NCBI GenBank assembly: GCA_937919165.1
Contig: CALFPO010000026.1
Location: 4,057 to 68,056 of the forward strand
Reading direction: 5' to 3'
Source: an uncultured Bacillota bacterium
Lineage (GTDB): Bacteria > Bacillota_I > Bacilli_A > Erysipelotrichales > Erysipelotrichaceae
DNA: 64,000 nucleotides
The position numbers and the translations under genes were made by a program. Shown here piece by piece: positions 53,793-61,745 of the stretch (positions are counted from its first letter, which is position 1; each line of letters begins with the position of its first letter). The notes below the pieces were generated by a model that saw nothing but the letters and a program-made list of their open reading frames with translations, ran no database searches and was not told the origin of the DNA.

Positions 53793-55120
53793 AAACAAAG
53801 ATAGATGAATATCTGGAGGATGAGATCTGGAAGAAGATATCCAAAAGAGGACTTAACCAGGATGAGATCGAGTATCTCAATCACGACTACGTTCTAAAGA
53901 ACATCAGCTTCAAGAAATATATCAGTTTTCTCTCTAGAAATATCGTCAAGAAGCTTATCGGCAAGAAAAAGATAGATAATCTGCATATTGATCAAGCCGA
54001 TATAGATACGCTTTTTGATAGGATCAGAAGCAACAAGACCATCGCATTATATGGCACCTATCGCGATGATGAATCAAGCAACGATGGCTACACAAACAGA
54101 ATCAAAGATATCGACAGCAATCTCATAGATGACTACTATCGCGTGTATATCGAATTCGAGGATGTCAACGATAGATATGGCATCACTTTTTTGGATGACT
54201 GCCATTGCAACGTTGCATTGAATACCTACAATGAGGAACACCAGGATCTATTGAAAAGGATTCTTGAGGAAGTGGGAGTGCTGCTGATACATGGACTCCA
54301 TCGTGTGATGATCGATAGAGTCAATCCGGAAGTGGTCGAATATATTGAAAGCAAGAAATTGAAGGTAATCTTTGACGCTCATGGAGCCGTTCCTGAAGAG
54401 ATCGAGATGAATGACAATGTCGATAGAGTGGAACTGGCAAACAGAATGGAAAGCTATCTGATAGACAATTCTGATATCGTCATCTGCATATCTAAAGCAA
54501 TGAAGGACTATTTCGTTGAGAAGCACGGCAAGATTCAAGATAAAATCAGAATCATTCCAGTAAAGACTCCAAATCACACTGAAGAGGCAGAAGATAAGAC
54601 ATATGATGCAAAGCATCCAAGAACCATATATTGCGGTGGAGTTCAGAAATGGCAGAATACCGATCTTATGACTGAAATCGTAAACAAGACAAGCGATAGG
54701 ATGAAATATGTACTGTGCTTTGCGGGAGACTACAGCAGAATCAAAGAAAACATCAAATCAGATGGGGTGGAAATCGGATACAGGACAAGCGATGAAATCA
54801 AGGAAGAATACAGAAAAGCCAATTTCGGTTTCGCCCTTAGAGATGATTGCCCAGTCAATAGAGTCGCAAGTCCAACCAAGATAACCGAATATATCCTTAA
54901 CGGAATAGTTCCGGTTCTCAAATCGGACAAGATAGGCGATCTCAAGAAATATGGATTGAGATACATTGACTATAAGGATTTTGAGATGCTGAAGCTTCCA
55001 AATGAAAAAGAATACAAAGAGATGATCGGCAACAACAGCTCAATAATCGAGAAGATCGAGAAGGATAGAGCAATAAACCTTAAGAGCCTCAAGAAAGAGC
55101 TTAAGGAATTGGCAAGATAG
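53786..55120 (+). CDS. Putative GT-B glycosyltransferase (paralogue of the C-terminal module of the previous ORF)
   Basis: The C-terminal half has 'ASPTKITEYILNGIVPVL' (E-x7-E-like). The N-terminal half is paralogous to 53226-53792. The start overlaps the upstream stop by 7 nt. Confidence 0.55.
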   Translation: MLKTKIDEYLEDEIWKKISKRGLNQDEIEYLNHDYVLKNISFKKYISFLSRNIVKKLIGKKKIDNLHIDQADIDTLFDRIRSNKTIALYGTYRDDESSNDGYTNRIKDIDSNLIDDYYRVYIEFEDVNDRYGITFLDDCHCNVALNTYNEEHQDLLKRILEEVGVLLIHGLHRVMIDRVNPEVVEYIESKKLKVIFDAHGAVPEEIEMNDNVDRVELANRMESYLIDNSDIVICISKAMKDYFVEKHGKIQDKIRIIPVKTPNHTEEAEDKTYDAKHPRTIYCGGVQKWQNTDLMTEIVNKTSDRMKYVLCFAGDYSRIKENIKSDGVEIGYRTSDEIKEEYRKANFGFALRDDCPVNRVASPTKITEYILNGIVPVLKSDKIGDLKKYGLRYIDYKDFEMLKLPNEKEYKEMIGNNSSIIEKIEKDRAINLKSLKKELKELAR

Positions 55121-55123
55121 AAT

Positions 55124-55132
55124 TGATATAAT
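55124..55132 (+). promoter_or_regulatory. Candidate extended -10 promoter (TGATATAAT) upstream of rmlA
   Basis: A perfect TGnTATAAT sits in the 34-nt gap. GAGGAA RBS at 55143-55148, ATG at 55155. Confidence 0.4.
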
Positions 55133-55154
55133 TAAGAAAAGCGAGGAATAAGTT

Positions 55155-56039
55155 ATGAAGGGAATTATATTAGCAGGCGGTGCAGGTACAAGATTATATC
55201 CACTCACGATGGTAACTTCTAAGCAGCTTTTGCCTGTTTATGATAAACCAATGATCTACTATCCTTTGTCTACTTTGATGTTGGCGGGAATAAAGGATAT
55301 CCTGATCATTTCTACACCAACCGACACACCAAGATTCGAGTCGTTGCTTGGCGATGGAAAAGATTTTGGTGTAAAACTCAGCTACAAAGTACAGCCTTCT
55401 CCAGATGGATTAGCTCAGGCCTTCATTCTGGGAGAAGAATTCATTGGCGATGAAGCCTGTGCCATGATTCTTGGCGATAACATCTTCTATGGCAACGGAT
55501 TCTCGAAGCAATTGAAAGAAGCTAAAGACAACGCTGAAGAAAACGGCAGAGCTACAATCTTTGGCTATAAGGTAAATGATCCTGAAAGATTCGGAATCGT
55601 TGAGTTCAACAAGAACGGACGTGTAATTTCTGTTGAAGAGAAGCCTCAGAATCCTAAATCGAACTATTGCATAACTGGATTGTATTTCTATCCAAAAGGC
55701 GTTTCCAAGATGGCGAATGCTGTAAAGCCATCGGCTAGAGGTGAACTGGAAATCACAACCTTGAACGATATGTATCTGCAGAAGAAGAAGCTAGATTGCC
55801 AGCTTCTTGGCAGAGGCTTTGCATGGCTTGATACAGGAACCATGGATTCATTGGTAGAAGCAGCAAACTTTGTCCAGATGGCTTCCAAGCGCCAGAATAT
55901 CGTAATCTCTGCACCTGAAGAGATTGCCTTCAAGAACAAATGGATAAGCAAGAAGCAGCTTATGAAGAGTGCGGAAAGATATGGCAAATCGCCATATGGT
56001 GCGCATCTTAAGCTGGTAGCTGAAGGAAAGGCTGAATAA
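55155..56039 (+). CDS. rmlA: Glucose-1-phosphate thymidylyltransferase
   Basis: '[16 protein letters not shown]' and the overall RmlA pattern. 294 aa. Confidence 0.95.
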   Translation: MKGIILAGGAGTRLYPLTMVTSKQLLPVYDKPMIYYPLSTLMLAGIKDILIISTPTDTPRFESLLGDGKDFGVKLSYKVQPSPDGLAQAFILGEEFIGDEACAMILGDNIFYGNGFSKQLKEAKDNAEENGRATIFGYKVNDPERFGIVEFNKNGRVISVEEKPQNPKSNYCITGLYFYPKGVSKMANAVKPSARGELEITTLNDMYLQKKKLDCQLLGRGFAWLDTGTMDSLVEAANFVQMASKRQNIVISAPEEIAFKNKWISKKQLMKSAERYGKSPYGAHLKLVAEGKAE

Positions 56040-56614
56040 TGAAGAAGATTGAAACTGAAATAGAAGGCGTCTATATCATCGAATCTGATTGCTTTGGCGA
56101 CAACCGTGGATGGTTCATGGAAACCTATAACGAAGCCAAGTTCCATGAAATGGGAATCGATACAGTTTTCGTGCAAGACAACATGTCCTTCAGTGCCCAA
56201 AAGGGTACATTAAGAGGCATGCATTATCAAAAGGACCCATATTCGCAGGCAAAGCTTGTAAGATGCACAAAAGGCTGTGTCATAGATGTTGTCGTTGATG
56301 TACGTAAAGGCTCGCCAACATATGGCAAATGGACAAGCTGCGAATTGACTGGCGAGAACAAGAGAATGTTCTATATACCTAGAGGCATGGCTCATGGTTT
56401 CTTGACTGTGACTGATGATGTTGAATTCCAGTACAAATGCGATAACCTCTACAACAAGGAATCAGAAGGCGGATTCAAATATGATGATCCCGATATCAAT
56501 ATAGACTGGGGCACATTATTGAATGGCATAGAGCCAATATTGTCAGAAAAAGATAAGCTTGCACCAGCATTCAAGGAGTGTAACGCAAACTTTACTTATC
56601 AAGGAGTTAAATGA
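56039..56614 (+). CDS. rmlC: dTDP-4-dehydrorhamnose 3,5-epimerase
   Basis: 'GDNRGWFMETYN' and 'RGMHYQ'. 191 aa. TAATG coupling to rmlA. Confidence 0.95.
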   Translation: MKKIETEIEGVYIIESDCFGDNRGWFMETYNEAKFHEMGIDTVFVQDNMSFSAQKGTLRGMHYQKDPYSQAKLVRCTKGCVIDVVVDVRKGSPTYGKWTSCELTGENKRMFYIPRGMAHGFLTVTDDVEFQYKCDNLYNKESEGGFKYDDPDINIDWGTLLNGIEPILSEKDKLAPAFKECNANFTYQGVK

Positions 56615-57561
56615 AAAAAGTAACAAAATTTTTATTGATAGCTACATTGGCATTGAGCATGTTCGGTTGTAGCCATCAACAGGATCATGATATCTACATC
56701 CTTTTTACCAACGACATTCATTGCAATGTCGAAGGCGAAATAGGCTTGGCAGGAGTCAAGTTCTTCAAGGACCAATATAAGAATTCACATACATATGTGA
56801 CCTTGGTGGACTGCGGTGACTCTGTCGAAGGCGAAAAGATAGGCAGATATCGCGAGGGTTATGAGATGTATATGCTTATGAATGATTGCGGATATGATAT
56901 TGGAGTTCTTGGCAATCAGGATTTTGTGTACGGTATCGATGCAACCAAGGCGCTGATTGAACAGGCCAATTTCGACATTGTCGGATGCAATTACAAGTAT
57001 ATCGGCACAAACACCGATAAGCTTAGCGGCATAAAGCCATATGTAATCAAGAAATATGGACATACAAAGGTTGCATTCATCGGAGTCATGACACCCGATA
57101 CGCTCACTGAAGGCAAACCTTCCTATACTGCCTTGACTGAAGATGGCCAGCTGGCCTATAGCTTCTATCAAGACAATGAAGGTCAGGACCTTTATGATCA
57201 GGTTCAAAGAACCGTCGATAAGGTACGCAGCAAGGTCGATTGGGTCATTGTCATATCGCACCTAGGAATTGAACAGAAATCGCAGCCATATACATCTGTA
57301 GAATTGATTGAGCATACAAATGGCATTGATGGCTTGATAGATGCCCATTCCCATACAGTGAATTACGGAACGCCGGTCTTGAACAAGGACGGAGATCAGG
57401 TGGCAACCGCATCTACCGGTAAGGATCTGCAGTATATCGGCGAAATGATTTTGAAGAAGGATCATACATTCCAGACCATGTTGTATGAGCATGTTGACGG
57501 CAAGGACCCTTTTATCGAAGCTGAAATAGAAGAGATAAATGAGGAACTAAAGAATCACTAG
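56611..57561 (+). CDS. Lipoprotein metallophosphoesterase (5'-nucleotidase/UshA N-terminal domain only)
   Basis: Signal peptide plus Cys ('LLIATLALSMFGC'). Calcineurin-like motifs 'TNDIHC', 'CGDSVEG', 'GNQDF' (GNH->GNQ, nt 56911-56919), 'VISHLG', 'DAHSHT'. 316 aa, with no C-terminal nucleotide-binding domain. Confidence 0.8.
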   Translation: MKKVTKFLLIATLALSMFGCSHQQDHDIYILFTNDIHCNVEGEIGLAGVKFFKDQYKNSHTYVTLVDCGDSVEGEKIGRYREGYEMYMLMNDCGYDIGVLGNQDFVYGIDATKALIEQANFDIVGCNYKYIGTNTDKLSGIKPYVIKKYGHTKVAFIGVMTPDTLTEGKPSYTALTEDGQLAYSFYQDNEGQDLYDQVQRTVDKVRSKVDWVIVISHLGIEQKSQPYTSVELIEHTNGIDGLIDAHSHTVNYGTPVLNKDGDQVATASTGKDLQYIGEMILKKDHTFQTMLYEHVDGKDPFIEAEIEEINEELKNH

Positions 57562-57585
57562 AGGTAGAGATACCTCTTTTTATTT
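57561..57585 (+). terminator. Possible weak intrinsic terminator
   Basis: GAGGTA-GAGA-TACCTC hairpin (6-bp stem, 57561-57576) followed by TTTTTATTT. It begins at the last base of the stop codon. Confidence 0.4.
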
Positions 57586-57593
57586 GGTAAAAT
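57585..57593 (+). promoter_or_regulatory. Possible extended -10-like element (TGGTAAAAT) upstream of rmlB
   Basis: Lies in the 66-nt gap, 35 nt upstream of ATG 57628. GGAGG RBS at 57611-57615. Confidence 0.3.
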
Positions 57594-57627
57594 AGTTTAT
57601 GTATCCAAACGGAGGAATTTTTTTGTT

Positions 57628-58647
57628 ATGAAAATATTAGTTACAGGCGCTGCAGGATTCATCGGTTCCAACTTCGTATACTATGAATTAGATAAACATC
57701 CAGAAGATCAGATTGTCGCATTAGATCTTTTGACATATGCAGGAAATCTGAAGAATCTTGATGGTTGCAAAGACAATCCAAACTTCAAGTTTGTGAAGAT
57801 GGATATCAGGGATAGAGAGAATATCAATAAGCTATTTGAAGAAGAGAAGTTTGATATCGTTGTCAATTTTGCGGCTGAGTCGCACGTCGATAGATCGATT
57901 GAAGACCCTGAAGTATTCTTGAGGACAAACATCATCGGTACAGAAGTATTGATGGATGCCTCATTGAAATATGGCGTCAAGAGATATCATCAGGTAAGCA
58001 CTGATGAGGTATATGGCGATCTGCCATTAGAGGCTGTTGATTCATTCTTCACTGAAGATACACCTTTGCATACAAGCTCACCATACAGTGCATCAAAGGC
58101 ATCTGCGGACTTGCTGGTAATGGCATATCATAGAACTTTCGGTCTGAACATGTCTATCACTAGATGTTCAAACAACTATGGTCCTTATCAGTTCCCTGAG
58201 AAGATGATTCCGCTTATGATCAACAACGCCAGACATGACAAGTCATTGCCTGTATATGGTGATGGCATGAATGTGAGAGATTGGCTCCATGTATATGACC
58301 ATTGTGCCGGCATCGATCTGGTAATGAGAAATGGCGCCAATGGCGAAGTATTCAACATTGGTGGACATAACGAAAGACACAATATCGAAGTGGTTAAGAC
58401 CATCCTTAAGGAACTTGGCAAGGGTGAGGATCTTATCACTTATGTAACAGATAGAAAAGGTCATGACCTAAGATATGCCATCGATCCTACAAAGATCGAG
58501 ACAACATTAGGCTGGAAGCCTAAGTATAACTTTGAGACAGGCATCAGAGAGACTATCCAATGGTATATGGACCATCAGGAATGGATGGATGATGTTACTT
58601 CTGGCGACTACCTGAAGTATTACGAGGAGATGTATTCCAACAGATAA
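57628..58647 (+). CDS. rmlB: dTDP-glucose 4,6-dehydratase
   Basis: 'ILVTGAAGFIGSNF' and 'SPYSASKASADLL' (YxxxK). 339 aa. Confidence 0.95.
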   Translation: MKILVTGAAGFIGSNFVYYELDKHPEDQIVALDLLTYAGNLKNLDGCKDNPNFKFVKMDIRDRENINKLFEEEKFDIVVNFAAESHVDRSIEDPEVFLRTNIIGTEVLMDASLKYGVKRYHQVSTDEVYGDLPLEAVDSFFTEDTPLHTSSPYSASKASADLLVMAYHRTFGLNMSITRCSNNYGPYQFPEKMIPLMINNARHDKSLPVYGDGMNVRDWLHVYDHCAGIDLVMRNGANGEVFNIGGHNERHNIEVVKTILKELGKGEDLITYVTDRKGHDLRYAIDPTKIETTLGWKPKYNFETGIRETIQWYMDHQEWMDDVTSGDYLKYYEEMYSNR

Positions 58648-58648
58648 T

Positions 58649-59524
58649 ATGAAAGTACTGGTTGTAGGAGCTAATGGTCAGCTGGGCAGAGATGTCTGCA
58701 ATGAGCTGAGAAGCAGAGATATAGAAACAATAAGTGCTGATATCGTAGGTGATTGCACCTACTCTTTGGATTTCACGAATAAGGAAGAAACCCTTAAGCT
58801 TGTGAACGAAGCGAGACCTGATGCCATCATGAACTGTGCCGCTTGGACAAGAGTAGACGATGCAGAAGACGAAGAGAACAAGCCAATGGTCTACAAGCTC
58901 AATGTGACTGGTGTCGAGAATCTTGTGGAAGCTGCAAGATCAACTGATGCAAAGATGCTGCATATATCGACAGACTATGTTTTCAACGGAGAAGGAACTG
59001 AACCTTGGAAACCAGATGACAAATGTTTTGGACCAGAGAACTATTATGGCGAAACAAAACTGTTAGGTGAAAGGGCTGCTGAAGCATATATCGAGAAATC
59101 GTATATCGTAAGGATTGCCTGGCTATTCGGCGGTCCTGTATCTTTCGTCAACACGATGCTGAAGGTTGGCAAGAACCATGATGAAGTAAGAGTTGTCAAC
59201 GATCAGATAGGCACACCTACCTATTCTAAGGATCTGGCAAGACTCCTTGTCGATATGATTCAAACCGATAGATATGGTTATTATCACGCTACAAATGAAG
59301 GCGGATATATCTCCTGGTATGATTTCTGCAAGGAGATATATAGACAAGCTGATATGAATGTAAATGTTATTCCTGTAACGACTGCTGAATATGGCTTCAG
59401 CAAGGCTAAAAGGCCTTTCAATAGCCGTCTAGATAAAAGCAAACTGTCTGACAATGGATTTGCGAGACTTCCTGATTGGCAAGATGCCTTAAGCAGATAT
59501 CTGAAAGAGAAGAATGAACAATAA
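58649..59524 (+). CDS. rmlD: dTDP-4-dehydrorhamnose reductase
   Basis: 'VLVVGANGQLGRD' and 'YGETKLLGE'. 291 aa. Directly follows rmlB. Confidence 0.9.
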   Translation: MKVLVVGANGQLGRDVCNELRSRDIETISADIVGDCTYSLDFTNKEETLKLVNEARPDAIMNCAAWTRVDDAEDEENKPMVYKLNVTGVENLVEAARSTDAKMLHISTDYVFNGEGTEPWKPDDKCFGPENYYGETKLLGERAAEAYIEKSYIVRIAWLFGGPVSFVNTMLKVGKNHDEVRVVNDQIGTPTYSKDLARLLVDMIQTDRYGYYHATNEGGYISWYDFCKEIYRQADMNVNVIPVTTAEYGFSKAKRPFNSRLDKSKLSDNGFARLPDWQDALSRYLKEKNEQ

Positions 59525-60839
59525 GTACAACACAAAAGAAAATGCCAAGATTGCGTTAAGCATAGCCAATATTCTTGTATACGAGATAATCTTTTTGGCA
59601 ATCGTCATGTTCTGCTACAAGGATTATTTCTTCTATTACAGCAATGGCTATGACATTTTCTTTGTGGTCTATCTTGCTTTATATCTTCTGTTTGGAAGAC
59701 TGTTCAGCGCCTTTGAATTAGGTGAGACGACAACAACCGATCTGTTCCTGTCCCATTCATTGGCAGTGCTCTTCAGCAATTTCCTGATCTATCTTGTGCT
59801 GTCGTTATTGGCACTTAAGCTCATTCCGCTATGGCCAATCATACTGATGCAGCTGTTGGAGATGATGTTTGGGGCAGGATTGCTGCTGTTAGAGAACAGA
59901 TACATTAGAAGAGTGTATCCGCCAATCAAGGCTATCGCCATTTATGGTGAAGAGCACTACAACTTGATAGGCAGATTGAATAACGTAAAAGATCTTTCTA
60001 TCAGCATCGTCAAGACAATAGACATGAAAGATGTCGACTATAAGCATTTCGATGATCTGCTGGAAGGAATTAATGCCGTCATAACTCTTGATGTCCACCA
60101 CAACAATAAGAAAAAGATCTTCAAGTCATGCTACGAAAGAAAGATTATGGTGTATGATGTTCCAAGCATTACAGATATGCTGCTGGCAAGTTCTAGCATC
60201 CTGCATATTGTCGATACGCCAATATTGAAGATAAACAAATTTGGTCCGTCACACATTGAAGCGATATTCAAGAGACTTATCGATATTGTTGGCTCATTGA
60301 TATTATTGATTATTGCAAGCCCAATCATGATTCTTACGGCTTTAGCCATCAAGATTGAAGATGGTGGCGATGTCTTCTATGGACATACAAGACTTACGAA
60401 AGACAAGAAAGAATTCAAGATTGTCAAGTTCAGATCCATGGTCATGAATGCTGAAAAGATGACAGGCGTTGTCTTGGCAAAGCAGAACGATAATCGCATT
60501 ACTAAGGTCGGAAGCTTCATCAGGAAGACAAGAATAGATGAACTTCCACAGCTTATCAATATCCTGACAGGCGATATGTCGTTTGTCGGACCAAGACCCG
60601 AAAGACCAGAGATATACAAAGAGATAACCAAGAAGATGCCGGAATTCGAGTATCGTCTTGTCGTCAAGGCTGGATTGACTGGCTACGCCCAGATATATGG
60701 CAAGTACAATACCTCGTTAAGAGATAAATTACTGTTGGATTTGTACTATATTGAGAATTACAGCCTAATCGATGACATTCGCTTGATACTGTTGACAATG
60801 AAGATTGTCTTCAAGCCAGAATCGACAGAAGGTGTTTGA
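59514..60839 (+). CDS. Large polytopic phosphoglycosyl transferase (WbaP/CpsE-type polyprenyl-phosphate hexose-1-phosphate transferase)
   Basis: 441 aa with N-terminal TM bundle. 'KFRSMVMNAEKMTG' and 'RIDELPQLINILTGDMSFVGPRPERP'. Confidence 0.9.
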   Translation: MNNKYNTKENAKIALSIANILVYEIIFLAIVMFCYKDYFFYYSNGYDIFFVVYLALYLLFGRLFSAFELGETTTTDLFLSHSLAVLFSNFLIYLVLSLLALKLIPLWPIILMQLLEMMFGAGLLLLENRYIRRVYPPIKAIAIYGEEHYNLIGRLNNVKDLSISIVKTIDMKDVDYKHFDDLLEGINAVITLDVHHNNKKKIFKSCYERKIMVYDVPSITDMLLASSSILHIVDTPILKINKFGPSHIEAIFKRLIDIVGSLILLIIASPIMILTALAIKIEDGGDVFYGHTRLTKDKKEFKIVKFRSMVMNAEKMTGVVLAKQNDNRITKVGSFIRKTRIDELPQLINILTGDMSFVGPRPERPEIYKEITKKMPEFEYRLVVKAGLTGYAQIYGKYNTSLRDKLLLDLYYIENYSLIDDIRLILLTMKIVFKPESTEGV

Positions 60840-60867
60840 TAGGCTATATGTGAAGTTGTGTGATTGT

Positions 60868-60896
60868 TTGAATTGCATAATTTAGGACTTTATAAT
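60868..60896 (+). promoter_or_regulatory. Candidate sigma-A type promoter (TTGAAT - 17 nt - TATAAT)
   Basis: -35 TTGAAT at 60868-60873 and -10 TATAAT at 60891-60896, in the 81-nt gap upstream of ATG 60921. Confidence 0.4.
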
Positions 60897-60920
60897 TATG
60901 AAAGATAGAGATGGTTTGTT

Positions 60921-61745
60921 ATGAGTGAAGAGATTGTAAAAAAGAGAATCATTAAGCCTCAAAGGGTTGTGAAAAAGAAGAAACCAAAGAAATCGTTCTT
61001 TGGTGATAAGAAAAGCAGATGGTGGAAGCTGCTTCTTGTGTTGTTGCCATTCATTGCGGGAATCGGCTTTTTCGGTGTGATTATCTTTAGGGAAGCAAAG
61101 GGATTGCTTGATAGCTTAAAGAACAACACAACAGAGACCAAAGTTGATTACAACATCTCCTCAATGAACTATGTTCTTAGAGATACTGCTACAGAGTATC
61201 AGCAGGAGATATTCTCAGAACTGAAAGATCTAGTTGAAGCCCATCCAAATTATGAAGAGGTCGACATTGAAGCCGTTTCATTGGTTGCCAAGAACTATGT
61301 TGCCGATTTCTATACTTTTACCAATAAGCAGGGCCAATATGATGTGGGCGGAATGCATTATGTATATTCGCATAGTGATGAAAGAGAAAATATCTATCTT
61401 AAAGCAAGAGATGGTTTCTATAAATACCTGAGCACATATGCCACAAAATACGGAGCAAAGAATTTGATTGAGGTTGAGAATGTAGAAGTGCTTTCCTGCA
61501 CAAGATTGCCTGAAGCACATATCATCAACGAACATATCAGCTTTGTGTATGATGAGGCCAATGACGATTGGGTTGACTATCGTGAAGACGTTGAATACGG
61601 AGCATACAATGTTTCATGCTCGTGGACATATAAGGAAGGCTACCAGCCTAGTACGACGAAGTTCCCTACATCAATCAATCTTCTGATTATTGATCGTGGC
61701 GGAAGATACGAAATAGTTAAAGCAAGCGAGGGCTCTTTACGATGA
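60921..61745 (+). CDS. Membrane-anchored protein of unknown function (basic N-terminus, one TM helix, extracytoplasmic domain)
   Basis: 274 aa. 'KKRIIKPQRVVKKKKPKK' followed by 'WWKLLLVLLPFIAGIGFFGVIIF'. I recognise no family motif. ATGA overlap with the LCP gene. Confidence 0.55.
   Translation: MSEEIVKKRIIKPQRVVKKKKPKKSFFGDKKSRWWKLLLVLLPFIAGIGFFGVIIFREAKGLLDSLKNNTTETKVDYNISSMNYVLRDTATEYQQEIFSELKDLVEAHPNYEEVDIEAVSLVAKNYVADFYTFTNKQGQYDVGGMHYVYSHSDERENIYLKARDGFYKYLSTYATKYGAKNLIEVENVEVLSCTRLPEAHIINEHISFVYDEANDDWVDYREDVEYGAYNVSCSWTYKEGYQPSTTKFPTSINLLIIDRGGRYEIVKASEGSLR

Noticed and set aside
53226-54600. ORFs 52044-53792 and 53786-55120 as one gene broken by a frameshift (pseudogene).
   Set aside because: The second ORF repeats both the linker and the N-half module already present at the end of the first, rather than continuing it. 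It also has its own ATG in a typical 7-nt coupling overlap. A sequencing-error explanation cannot be excluded without the reads.
60898-60924. Eight-codon mini-ORF (MKDRDGLL) overlapping the start of ORF 60921 as a possible leader peptide.
   Set aside because: It is too short. It has no RBS, no nearby attenuator-like hairpin and no conserved amino-acid cue, so chance occurrence in AT-rich DNA is more likely.
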